Made by a program: the position numbers and the translations under genes. Shown here in pieces: positions 13,701 to 35,275 of a stretch of 64,000 nt of DNA. How positions within the stretch are numbered: position 1 is the first letter of the stretch; each line of letters starts with the position of its first letter. The notes below the pieces were generated by a model. The model worked only from the letters and a program-made list of their open reading frames with translations. It did not search any database and was not told where the DNA came from. This stretch comes from Yuukianura sp. NJ FZ-2021 (taxonomy: Eukaryota), in NCBI GenBank assembly GCA_046563655.1, contig CM102290.1, forward strand, positions 12,462,001 through 12,526,000, written 5' to 3'.

Positions 13701-16390
13701 GGGAACGATGTAGCGACACTACAAAAGTAAAATCATCAACGTCACTCTAATACAAAATCACCTCAACAGTGAAACTTCAGGAAGCAGCACATCAATTGCG
13801 TAGTTTCCAGTGGGTCTCGCTTTGTACAAAAGAAGTGACGACACGGTCGTCCAGGCTCCACCTCAAACTCGTACAGCAGTGACTCAGCCGTGACCTCTGC
13901 TGCTCACGGGGCTGGCGTGACTAGTCCTACTTCAAAATCACCCTCCCCAGCCATTTCTCCAAACACTTCTACTCCAGCATTGGCATGAAATGTGGTTACC
14001 ACTGAGTCGACGCGGATCGTATTCCGTCACAGTTATCATCTCATGAACAGAACAAACGTCCCGGAGATGGAAAAAGGATCGGAAGGACTCGGTTGGAATG
14101 TGGGAAGTCAAAGGTGTGGTTCGGCCTGGTAGAATGTCAGAGTCATCAATATGTTCTAACAGGCCCACTTATGTCTGCAACAAAGTAAGCATGTTTCAGC
14201 GACGGTTTCTAATTCCCCACTAAAGAAAACGCTGGTAATGGATGGTTAAAGGAACTGGAAGTTTTACTAAGGAAGTAATACTCCAAGGAAAAGCTTACTG
14301 TTGGGTGGGATAATTCTTTTGCAGAACACCCATAATATTGCTGTAGGAATGGCAGTTCCAACTTCCAGGTCTAAACCTCTAGGACAAACCTTTACGAGAA
14401 GGAAAGTAGAAATTGAAATCTGGAGAGATCATTCTTCCAAGGTTTTGGTACCCAGCTTTTACATACTCATGCCTTGTTCAGCTAAGGACAGTCAGGGTCT
14501 GCGGATTAAGAAGGGACCAATGAAGATGAGGATGGTCGTGAATTATGTAATGGCCACGAGGAATTAAGTCATTGAGAGGTACACGTCCCTGCCAGTCAAA
14601 TGGTAGTTTAAACAGATCTGCAATCGATTCAAACCGCTTAAGGAACTTCTTCACTTTTGCAAAATGTTGATCTCCAAGCTTAATCAACGGAGTCGACGGA
14701 AACATTCGCTTTAAGATGGAAGACTCAAGTTTCAGGAGCCTGAAGACACACGCATAGGCAAGCATTGCTTTTTATACAACTGTAGTGAAATGAGGTCAAT
14801 CTACGTTTAGCTACAGATCTTTTCCATTTCTATTAAATTTTGTCTTTTGTCTTTGTGCAAACTGTTTGCACAAAACACATAACTTACAGTAAAAAGTTAC
14901 TTTTTAGTCTTAAAATAGATTTTCTAGTTCAAAGTCAGTTTCTTGAACTCACAGAGTTCATTACTCTTGTTTTCATTACCATGCCAGGAGTTACGAGTTA
15001 CTCCTCATTTAAATGTCAAGGGGTCATTGGCGCTCGTAAGGCCCTATAAAAGCGGCAGTCGCCAATGCCCTCCATCATCATTCGATTTCAATCTTTCTTT
15101 CCTACCAGAACTCTGCTCAACTTGTGACAGAGTTCACCCCAAAACTTGACCTCACAGGTCATTCCCCTTTCACAAACTTTAAAGAAATAAAAGTTAAATT
15201 TATTTTGCGACACGCAAAAACACAAAATCAGTAGTGGACTTGACCTTCATTTCTAAAATAAGGCATTTTCATTACACAACTTTAATACAGTACGGTTTGG
15301 ATCGTTTCCAATAGTTTTAGTGCACCGATTTATTTTAAATGCTGTATTTTCAAAGAAAAAACATTTTTTAAATTACTTGATTTTTATATTAAGCAGCATT
15401 GATAAGCGACACTGGGAACAGACGTTTTCTACTTAGTCAAATTCGAATCCTAAATTGATTAGTCAATCAAAAATCAAATTAAAAGTTAAATTGAAAGCAC
15501 TCAAGTCACCCCGGTTTTGAGTAGAACTTAGTGGCTAGGAGCTAGTAACTCCTTAAGTGTTGTGTCCTTAGTAACTTTTAGAGGAACTAAGAAATTCAAC
15601 TAATCGTAAAGAACATAGGGAACCTAAGGAACTGACAAATCAACACGAGCACGACTTTCGCCGCCGCTCCTCACAAATTCATCTCTCGAGAACTCCGTGA
15701 GTTTTACTACTGAAGAGGCTGCCATGTATAATAAGTAGTGATCTACACCTATTACATGCGGCTAGTCCATCGGCCAGAGAGGTAACATTTACAGCGAAGA
15801 TTTTACTATTACCAGAAGACAAATTTTTTTTGAAATTTCTTGACAGAAGTCAACTGGCGAACCATTCGGAGAAGGGTCCACATCGTGTACGCTGGACATT
15901 TAAATCTGGCAAATGTCTGCGCTCCAAAAATTGCCCCAACCGACTTTTTTTAAGGTTGTAATGAAAATACCTAATTTTCATAATTACAAAGTTCAACAAA
16001 GTTCATTTCTAAAATGAGATTTATGTAATACATAAAATTTGCGTTTTGTTAAAAATAGTCTGGCATTTAATTGGTTTTAAGATGAAAGACTCCAGTTTTA
16101 GGGGCCTGAAGACAAAGTCCACCCGAAGAGGTGAGAATTGCTTCCATGGCTGAGCTTGATTGTAGTGTGCAACGGGGTAAGGTGAGACCCCGGCGGGAAC
16201 ACAATTCAAACTCAGGAGAGATAGGGAAACTTGTATATAGACAGGGTTAGTCTCAATAAACACCTCGACTAGAGATCATCTCTTCTCGTTAGCTTCCTTC
16301 CAGTTGTTCATTTGTTAGGCAAGGGTAGCATACAGAGTCGCAGGTCAAAGGTGAGAAGCATCAATCTTCGCCTCAAGTGTTTATGCTTTC

Positions 16391-16537
16391 ACATACGACA
16401 CAAGCAACATAATCACCACAATAATCAGCACAAGAAAATGATTCTCCATCTCCGCTCCATTCTTGAATTTGGATAGTCTAAACTACTAATACCTCAACAA
16501 AATTGCCTTACTTGTCCTGCTTTTGAGTATCCAGAAT
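16391..16537 (-). pseudogene. Frameshifted copy of the micropeptide gene at 9091-9198
   Basis: Highly similar to about 9130-9300. A 1-nt deletion gives MERRWRIIFLC*, and the intron is shortened to about 34 nt. Confidence 0.7.
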
Positions 16538-18401
16538 AGCGTTGCCAATACAAAACCAAAAAAAAAAATAGGGAGGATTGCTCGCAGCAAAACGGTAACT
16601 AGACAAAAACAGATAACCAGCATTATCTTTGAACTCACCGAACGCATCTTAAAACATGATGTAACCTTATTAGTGTATGATATAGCCTAAGATAGGAACC
16701 TATGATACGAACCCTGGTACGCTGATGAGAAACGATGTCATCCACGGTTGCTTCAGTACCATTTGAATTCTTCATGTCCACATGAATAACTTTCAGGTCA
16801 ATGCCTATGTCTCACTGTCTTCTTCGTATGAGTCAGAACGATGACCTTCACAGCATAGGATAGGTAGAGGAATGGAATGGAAAAGGTCAAGACAGACCTA
16901 CAATCAGTCGTAACTGATCGAACGATAAAAATTAAAAGCAATTGTCCCTGTTTCCTACTTGGTTATTAGTAAGACTGTGGGTTAGTATTCTAATTGAAGT
17001 AAACCTAATAAGCATCCATATAACCACAGCGTAACAACCGACGACATTTCCTTCACATCCTGTGTTTACACTCAAGTGGATACAGAACTTCAGAAAACCG
17101 TAGTTTAATCTAACTTAACCTACAATTGCATTACAACTACGGAATGGATATAAAAATTAGCGTCGGTGGTAGGTAACACTGCAATTCGCTTCAATCCAAC
17201 CATTGTTTTTGCGTTGATTTTCAATTTTCAAAAGTTTTTGAATCTTTTAACTACGCGCCGTACACACGCATGTGCAAACATTGCTTTTTATACAACTTTG
17301 GTACAGTACGCAATATGGTTTGGATCGCTTCCAATAGTTTTCGTGAACACACTTATTTTAACTAAATGTATTTTCAACGAAAAAACACTTTTTTTAATTC
17401 TATTCTGTATATTCTATCTTTCTATTATTCTATATTTTATATTCTATATTTCTAACGAAATATTCTATCTTTAGACTTTAAGTTTTATCGAAGTGTTCAT
17501 ATATTAATGCAAAATAGATCACCAATTGAAAACCAAGTTGGAGGAACTGAATAAGAAAATTCCGGCTGCAAAACAGACGCTGCGGAGGTTAGAAACTGAG
17601 AAGAAAGTGATACTGGAACTCCAAGATACTCGAGCCCCACGCACTTAGCTAGCTCTACCTTGTCTTCATTCATTAAGAAACGATTCTGTATTTACGAATT
17701 TGAAGGATGTACTTGATAAAGTTAACTTTTTTAATTGATTTTTATAGCAATGAACATTGATAGGCGACACAGGGAACACACGTTTTCTACTTTTAACACA
17801 TTCAAGTCATAGTAATAGTCTTCACTTCGATTCAATCAGTCACTTCAATTCAATTTCACTTTTCACTTTCAATATTAAGTTTAAATTAGTATAAATAAAT
17901 CAAAGTCATTTCAATTCACATTGTAGTCTCTCCCAACTGATCATTCGCTACACGACGCAACAAGAGGCTCCTTAAACGCTGGCTATATCGCACTGTTCTA
18001 GTTCAAAACGTTCCGTAAGATTTTTTTTCCAATGGTACTTAGACAAACTCATTTCACGTCACCGAAATTGTCTTTCCTAGAGTGGTTTCCTGACGTCCTA
18101 CAAACAATTCCAATTGTTGACGGTTTGGGGAAACAAGAAATATGCTGTATGCTGAGCCGGGGGAATGACCTGTGACCTGGCGATGGATGCTGGATGATGA
18201 TGCTGGAAGGAAGGACGTGGACGGAGCGAGAGAGAGACAGCAGAGATGATGAATGGATGAATGGTTTATTCAGACTGAGTGAATGAATGAATGTATGTAT
18301 GTGCAGTAGCGTATGCTTAGCATATGAGGGGTGAGAGGGGTGCTGTGTAGTGGGCTGGTACAATGCACAAAAGTTTAGAACAATCGCATGAATTTTAGAA
18401 C

Positions 18402-19374
18402 GTGATTTCGGAAGAACCACTGGAGTTTCCCAGCATTCTTCAGAAGTATTTTCACCGCGTAGAATTCGCAGATTCTGAAGTTTGGTATTTATTTGTAGAG
18501 AGTATTCAGCAAGGAGAACAGAACAACACATGCTATTCTGGCGACGTGAAACGCGCCAGCAGTGTATATTCTGGCAAAGGCAAGATAAAAACGTTAAAGG
18601 CCAAGAAGAATGATGGTGTTGAAATCTCCAAGCTGAACGGTAGGGATGTGGATGATGCCATCCAGGCGACTTTAGAATACTTCACAAAAGACACCCGTCA
18701 CCAGACTCTATTTTCCGACCATTTTCCAGATGATTGGCCATATGCAACAGGTATACAGTAAGAATATAACTGTTTCCACAATTTTGTTTGAGAGTTTTAT
18801 ATTTTTAGAGATGAGATTTAGTTGGACAAGGATGCAAATCTCACTGTCTCAAGAAGATGCCATCTATATTCACTAACTGAGAGATAGTAATTACGCTTGA
18901 TGACGATCCATACAAGAAACACGCTTGCGTCATTTGTAAAAACACAGTATCTATGTATGGAGTTACGTCAATCGAAACCATTCTCTTTCCAATTCTGGAC
19001 TGATGAAAAATTAAACTGGTATGAGGAATGCTGTTTCTAGTAGCTTGTGATAGCTTCATCGCTAACCACTGGGCGAATTCAATAGAACATTGCAAGAAGG
19101 AGAAACATAAAATTGATGCTCCATTACGACGTAGAGGTTGCAAAGTCGAAATCTCAAAGTCGACTTTCGACTCTGGAAATTGAGTTTCGACACTAGAGTC
19201 GATCTTAGAGTCCACTTTGAATCTTCAATAGAACTACGCGTGAGAAAACTAAATATGGCTGGCAACCCTTTAGGGATCCGTACAATTTTCAAAAATCATA
19301 CCAAACAGTTTTCCGATACGCATTTTCCGGTGCATGGCGAACACCCACAGAAATTTTTTGAGATTTCTTTATAG
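18402..19374 (+). pseudogene. Degenerate coding remnant of unknown family
   Basis: A 119-codon ORF, an apparent intron (about 18752-18808), then protein-like fragments (DDDPYKKHACVICKN, QFWTDEKLNWYEECC, KYGWQPFRDPYNFQKSY) broken by stops and frameshifts. Confidence 0.35.
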
Positions 19375-20264
19375 TTAACAAAAAAGCGGGTTGTAAACAC
19401 CGAAGCGTAAATGTTGATTAGGGGGTTTGAGCTTTGAGGCTGTCTATATATCTAAAAGCGAAACCTTAAGAAATTTTTCTTGCTCAAATCTCCCATTTTT
19501 TTTTCTAAAAATACACATTTCGATACGTTAGATATGGTATCTTATCTAGATTTTGCCTAGACTGTGAACAAAATTAGCAGGTTATTAAAAAAAATTTCAC
19601 GTACAGTCAATGCCATAGAATATAAAGTCAAATCCGGATTTAAATCCGGATTTTGTTGTAACTTTGTTGTGAATTCACCGATGGTATCGTTATTTTTGCG
19701 GTTAGTCTGTCAATCTCGTTACATTCGCAATCCTTTAACTACCACCGGGATGTCTTGTTAGCAATAGATCAGGATAATCGATTAGCCAAACCAAGTACGT
19801 GATGTTCACAAAAAGTATACACTTCAAAATCGCTTCTGCAATCCCAATCTGGGGTAGATTGAGACCAAATACTTTAAAAGAAAATAAGAAATTTAAAAGA
19901 AATTGGCAATGCACAAGGCAAACAGAATCTATAATTGGCAATGCTCAGATTTTTTTTTTGTATTTGATATTGATCAATGATCACCCCCAGCCACAATTTT
20001 CAAAATTAACAAACTTTTGAGTTTGCCGTTGCATACTTTTTGGTGAACCACACTGGATGTATAGGTACGAAACCTAAAGTTACTGTAGCTGCATTTTGAC
20101 CCTAACGTCATCTTGTAAAAAAAGTGAAGAAAAATATAGAAACTTAGTATGTACTAATAGTTCTGAGGTACAATTTACTGTAGACAGTGCCTCACTACTT
20201 TTGAAGGGACGGCCAATAGAATAGACGTGCATCTTTTTCGTTCCATATTTTCATACTGGAGAGG

Positions 20265-28886
<8,622 letters not shown>

Positions 28887-29554
28887 TGTCCCCTGTAAAC
28901 CAACCAATTAATTTATTGATGTTAAAATCCACTTTTACTTACGTTTTACGTACGTTACTTACTTGCGGTTGATGTTGAGCTTGAGCAGGAGCGCTTTTCA
29001 GTTTAATTAAAATGTTCACCGAATGTTCACTTATTTACTTTCTTTGTTTTTAATTAAAAATCACAATTGTTTTGATACAGTAAAAACAACCTGCTGATCA
29101 TGTTGAATTTTGTTGTTCATGAGAGTTGGTGACGGTCAATGAAGTGATCTATGCGGTCGCACGTTAAAATTACTCTCGAGAAATATCGTATGATGCGACG
29201 GTTAATTTCTTTTCCATATTTTTCCCTTTTCTATCCCAAAATCAAGTCCATAAAAAAACTTACACTATCGGATTACTTATTTTATGCGTTCAACCGTTTA
29301 CATCGTATTTTTGTTTCTCGGATCAGAATATTGAACTACATAATCAGCTGGAGCTGAAAGAGAAGAGCTACTTTATTGTTACTTTGATAGTAGTAGTACA
29401 TTGTACAGTACGAACCCGTATAGTAGGCATTACATACTCTAGTAATTATTGAAAAATTAAAACCCAGATTAGTTAAAGTTATAAGTGACTGTCAAAGCGG
29501 GTTGCGAGAAAGCATTAATTGCAACGCCCGTGAATCATACGATTCAACGGTAAA

Positions 29555-29645
29555 ATCGCACGCGAAACAGCCGTTATAGACTATCATTGTTTTTTTTTTC
29601 GCCGAAATTGAGTTCCCTCCACTTTCAATTGATTCCCGCCACTCA
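29555..29645. promoter_or_regulatory. E2F-like sites in the divergent POLE/CCDC81-like intergenic region
   Basis: cacgcgaaa, tttcgccgaaa and ttcccgcc lie within 90 bp. POLE is a known E2F-type S-phase gene. Confidence 0.35.
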
Positions 29646-30185
29646 AGAAATTATTAAACGCGTCAGTTCCACTCTTACGAACATGAATTTCAATTGAATA
29701 CAAAATCAAAGATCATATACAAAGAATACAAAAGACCTGAATCAATATGTTTGTGATTTAATTGATTAAAAAGGAAAACTAAATGCGATGGAACATTAAA
29801 ACGTAAAACCTAATTTATAATTGTACACAACTTTTTAGATCTACTTGAAAGAAAGTGGATGTTTTTAATAGCATACTGAAAATCATTTCATTGGAAAAAT
29901 GAATTTCCAAATTCCTTGTCATTTCCTGCACAATCGCCAATTTCCGTTGCCAGGGCGACGTTTTCCTACATTAAGTCACCGCGATCGTTTTGTTTGTTTT
30001 TAACATCCGCCATCACCATCACTCCTCTCTTGCTGAGAATTTCGACTCTCAAGGAGATTCAACACTCTCGCTCGTCTCGTCTTCCGTCCAGCAGCAGCAT
30101 TGTCGATCGCTCCAGCTCAACTCAACTTAGCATCAATCGTCACTTGCGAAGGTAATCCAACTTGGTCAACCGAAGACAGACAAAA

Positions 30186-31051
30186 ATGGCTTTTGTCATG
30201 GATCGAGACGGACGCGCCCGAGCGGCGTCGCGGAATCCGCTCACTCTGATTGGTCGAGACATTTGCGCTTCCCACGTCTTGGAAGTTTGGGACGTCATTC
30301 CAAAGTACATCAACGATGCACTGCTCAGAGGCGTTGGTCTTCGGATTCCTGGACTCGTGACATTCGGATACAAGGAACGAATCAAATGCGAGTGTCCAAT
30401 GGTCTGCACCGTGGACAAGTTTGTTCACATGGTCGTCAATGGAAAACTGGCATACTTGTGTAGCCTCAAAACCAAGAAGGTTCCTTACACTTTGGTAACT
30501 TGACTTCGACACGATAAAAAAAAACGTTTATTTTTTTGAAAATTTACTTTCGACTTTTGTTTTTTTAGGCCCCGAGTACGGATCTGAACATTTCGAAAAT
30601 CTGTCAGGATCTGAACATGCCACGCTACGCCGTTCAGGCATCCATTGATGAAGTCATTCATGTAAGTACAGATACTTTTGAGTCGTTTCCATGGAAATGG
30701 TCAATATTAACTTTGTTTTGAACAATGCAGGCCTTCAAACGTGCTCTGGTCATGTACCGTGAAGTGGACTTTGTGTTTGAAGGAATTGGGACACTACGAG
30801 TCAAGGACAACATTGTGAGCGAACAGTTCTGTTGTCGCTTCCTCCGTCGCCACTTTTTCTTCCGTCGCGTTTTGCGCTACAAGAATTACTTTCCTTGCGT
30901 CTGCTCAGTTGAGCCTCCAGAAACTCCATACCGAGAATACACTTGGGATGACTACGAGGATGAAGGATGCGATTCGCATCCTTCATGCGAATGCGAAGAA
31001 AGCAGCAGTACTACCAATGAGTATACGGGAACGAGCAGCTCCCAAAACTGA
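30186..31051 (+). CDS. CCDC81-like protein with two HU/IHF-like domains, 3 exons (30186-30494, 30569-30661, 30731-31051)
   Basis: VWDVIPKYINDALLRGVGLRIPGLVTF and LNISKICQDLNMPRYAVQASIDEVIHAFKRALVMYREVDFVFEGIGTLRVKDN match my recollection of the CCDC81 N-terminal HU domains. Both introns are phase-0 GT-AG. Confidence 0.75.
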
Positions 31052-32220
31052 CACAACAACGCAACAAATCATCTCAACAACAAAACAATTTAATTCAAAA
31101 ACTATTAATTTTCCATCGTAAAACGTTTAAAAAAAAATGATTAAGCTAATTTTGCTTTAAAAAAATAGTCTTTGAAAAGACATTTAAGCTAATATACTAA
31201 AAATGCTTGATAAATTTTGAATTCTAAAAATGAATAAAAACTGTAAATCAAAATTTTTATTATTTAAATAGATTGTTGCCGAATGCTTCGTATTCTTGGT
31301 GGGGCTTTACGTTTTAATGGATTTGGAATTTCTAAAATTGGATTTGGAATGGTTGAAAATCTCAACTTCAAATTCTACGATTTTTAACTTTCACATGAAC
31401 GCCCCGATGAAACCTACAGGAACGTAATCCCACCATTCGTGGCAACATTTTGGTGGAAGGGCTAGGCGGCTGGAGCTCTTGGGAAAAAAATCGAAAGTTG
31501 GATTTGAAATGACGGAAAAAGTGAAAAATTCGTGCATTTCAACTGCAATTGATTCTACTTTTGAATTTCACATGAACGCCTTCAATCATAAAATTGAAAA
31601 TGAAATTGTAAAAAGTTGGCGCGACAAACAGCTGTTTTTTAATTCAAATTCAAGTGCGGTGACGGGGAGTTGAGGTTGGATTTGGAACGGTTTACTTTGT
31701 TCAGAATGTAAACGGAGGTCATTGACTTCCTTTCGGTTGTTCCCCCGAATTTACTATTGGAGGAGGTCATTGACACTACTCCGTACGCCTGCTTGTAATT
31801 TCTACAACACGTCAAGAGCAGAGCTGATTTACACCAGAGGTTGTCTAATATCAATTCATTTCAAGAGGACAACAAGACGACATCCGGTCTTTTCCCGAAA
31901 TCTACTGACGGATAATTACGTTTCATCAGTCAACGTTTCGACTTCTCCATAACTGCTCAGGTTGGACAGACAACTGACTATCAACACCGCTATAGAATTT
32001 CTTGTATCTCTGTCGTCTATCCCCTGACCTGCGAGGACGTCCGGAATCCGGATCCTTATTCCAGTGCACTAGAACAGCGATCATCCTAGAAGACAGCTTG
32101 CGATGTAATAACCTTTGTCTCTCACTGTTCACCTTACATTAATCGTATTATGAGGAATTCCACTTCTATAATTCTTCTAGGCTTGGTTGGCTAGGAAGGA
32201 CTCGTGCTCCGGATTTAGCC

Positions 32221-34237
32221 ATGGAAGTCCTACGGAGAAATAGTACTTCTGGTAATGGCGGCGGAGATGCTGATGTTTTCTACAACTCTACAACAATGTC
32301 AGATGACGAGGCCAAACTAATGGTCTACGTCAACCATCTATGTGCTCCACTTGTAATTTCTATATCTAAAATACGTGTTTAATTTTCAATGCCAATTTTA
32401 CATCGCTGTGTTCACCTTGATCTTTCAGAAGCAGTTCGTTCCGTCAAGAGTTGAGACGAAGGAAATGCTGTCCATTGATTTCGGGAAGAGAAAGGACGAT
32501 CTTTCGTCCCAAGCCTTGCTGTTGGCACAACTCAAAAAATCCGAAGACCGGTACTTGGATTCCCTCGAAAAGTTACGGCAGGCCCAACAGTATTGCTCCG
32601 AGAAGATCCTCCAATGTCGAACCGAGGCGACCGAAACGGTACCATGTTAAAATGAAACTTAAGGCAGTACAGTTCCATTGTTTGCTTTGATTCGTTATAA
32701 TCACTCTTATTCCAGATCGAGGCTATGAAAGAGATCCATGCCACAGAAGTAAATATCCTGAAGAAGCAGCATCGTATCAACGAAAGGCAGATCTACAAGT
32801 CCAACCGGGAAATCATGCATCTACGTGTGAAGTTGGAAGTAAGATGAGGAACCATTTGCTTTTATTCATAGATCGTAGCTTGTATGTCTGGGTTTATTTC
32901 AGGCGATGCAGATAGATTTGGAATTACTCAATACGCAGTACAAGAACTACTTGAAGAGAGCGGAATCCAAAGCACCGGTAGAGTTAACTGATGTTAAAGT
33001 AAGTAATCTTGAGTAGATCTGAAATGGACCAACTATATTCGGAAGTACTAAGATTGCTATTTTGTTTCAGCCATATCAGTCGCGCGTGCCGGAAGCCAAA
33101 ATGCTCCTTGATGAGATTTTCAATACGGCAGAACAGAGCAAGCGAAAATCCAACACTCGTATACTGGAATCTCAAAAGAAGACTAACAACCTGCTCCGAC
33201 AATTCAATGACGTCACGGTCAGTCATGTTGCAGAGGTCAAAGCCCTCGAAACACAACTTCGAAATGTAATCTCAGACAGTACTCAACAAGACAAAGCTGT
33301 CAAGTCCACCATCCAAGGTAAGAATTCGTTTAGCAAAAGTGAAAGTGAGTAAAGACTGCTGTTAATATTTTTCATTTGTTAATTCAGATCTGACGCACAT
33401 TATCCAGACGGAACGCGAGTACTCTGAATCGATCACCCAGTTTAGCAATCAGAGAGAAACTGAAATTAAAGATGCTCTGAAATTTACTTCATCTTACGTT
33501 GGAGACATTATTTCAAAAAGTGCTGAGCGAATTAAGGTAATCCACTCTTACATGAATTGCTTCTAGCGAGGAATCTGTACTCAACTTTAAATTCATTTTA
33601 GGAACTGGAGAATGAAGTTGAAGTTTTGAAACAGGAAAATGCAGAACTCCATAAAAACGATGCAGCTTACAAGACAGTGTTGAAACTCAAATCGGAAGAG
33701 GCTACCAAAACTTTCCCGGAAAAAACTACTGATACATGCCAATTGTCCAATGAAGCTCAACTGCAAGATGAAATTGTCATGTTGAAAAAATTGCGAGAGT
33801 TTGACAAACAGGAATACGATGCTCGGCTTGTGGAACTTGAGACTCGAATGGTAGAGACCACCAGTCAACTTGTCGCAAGTCAAGAAGATCGTGCTGATTT
33901 ATACGACGTAAGAATTAGACTTAATGGGAAATACAGACCAATTCACTTCAATCGTTTTGTATTTCAGAAATATTGGACATTCAAAAAGGCTCTGGAGAAG
34001 AAGATGATCGAGGCGAAACAGTTCTCAGATTACATCGGTTGCTTGAAGAATGTATTACAGCCAATGTTCTCTGAGAGGATGAAAGAAGAGTTGAACGACA
34101 ATTCTGGAATGCATTCCGACTTTTTCGAGACCACTATGAAACAGATTTATGCCGTAGCCAACTCATCTCCGGGGATGCTGGATACTGGAACGCTGGCTCC
34201 GGGTGAGGGGACGGCAGCAATGGAACATGCGGACTAA
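32221..34237 (+). CDS. Uncharacterised coiled-coil protein, about 8 exons
   Basis: Consecutive E/K/L/Q-rich exons with GT-AG boundaries run from MEVLRRNSTSG to ...AAMEHAD*. Confidence 0.7.
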
Positions 34238-34687
34238 CCGTCTCAACAACTACAAGATGAATCTCAACCTCAACAGTTGGTGCAATTTCAAATTTTCATA
34301 CTACGTGTCCTGTGAAGGAAGTCACAAATCAAGTATATCAACAGAAGATCCAAAAAATCCCAAAAGTTCAAAATCAAAGCACAATCAACGCACAACGTTA
34401 CTAGAAATTACCTTACCATGGTGGTTATAAAATTATAAATTGTATTCTCAAGTCACAAAATATGTTGCTCTATATTGGTCTCAATGTAACCGAGTATTAT
34501 AAATTAAAAATTCTATGATAAAAGTGATCATGTGGACTTCTGGCCAGGAAATTATTAATCGAAATACATTTTACGGAGCAATTAAGGAACGTAAGACAAA
34601 CATTTGCAGAAAAGAGGGCACGCCTCAGGCAGGGATTATCAAAAGATCTAATGTAAATATCACCTTGAACTCTGAGTCAATGTCAAG

Positions 34688-35275
34688 TTACAGTTCGTAT
34701 TCGGATTCATCTGAAGAGTCGTTGCTACGGATTTTGGCAATTAGTTGTGAAAATTCCAAAAACTCGGGATTTTCCATTGCAGCATCATACAATTGCGAAG
34801 CTTCTCGGGTATTACTGGAATCCAACTTTCTGATCCATTCCTGGAGATTTGGGGACTGGATTAACTCTTTCAATTTTTCATAGGCAGCATCCAATTGAGA
34901 GTCTGGTGCTGCTGTACTCGATCGTTTGTCATTTGGTAGCTGATTAATAACTGTTTGTGGTGGTTTTCCTGGACATGATCCGTCTGTCTTATGTAACTGG
35001 CAACATTTAACGGAACAACTGAAACAGAAACAACATCGAGTTAAGTCAATTACGCGCAAGCAAAATAGTCCTTGGATCAGGTAACAATGCACTTACTATT
35101 TCAAGTAACACTTGGGACACTTGTATATGGGATTAGCGGTGTTACTACAGCAAACACAGGCAGCCTTCATTGTCTGCGGATTAGTTATGTCCATGTCAGT
35201 GCTCGAACTAGATTCCGCATCAACGGTATTTTCGGTGTCCACGGCTGAATCCAGCTGCTGAATATCACCAATCAT
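34688..35275 (-). CDS. ZNHIT3: Zinc finger HIT domain protein 3-like (box C/D snoRNP assembly factor), 2 coding exons
   Basis: CVCC...YKCPKCYLKY|CSVKCCQLHK zf-HIT across intron 35019-35096. C-terminal LKELIQSPNLQEWIRKLDSS...AAMENPEFLEF resembles Hit1/ZNHIT3. Confidence 0.8.

Noticed and set aside
18049..18531. 160-aa His/Ser-rich ORF
   Set aside because: Largely a translation of low-complexity gatg/gaat repeats, and it overlaps a more protein-like opposite-strand frame.
6600..20000. Assigning the patchwork to a DIRS/Ngaro, LTR or Helitron element
   Set aside because: No RT, RNase H, integrase, tyrosine recombinase or Rep/helicase motif was recognisable, so it is left unassigned.
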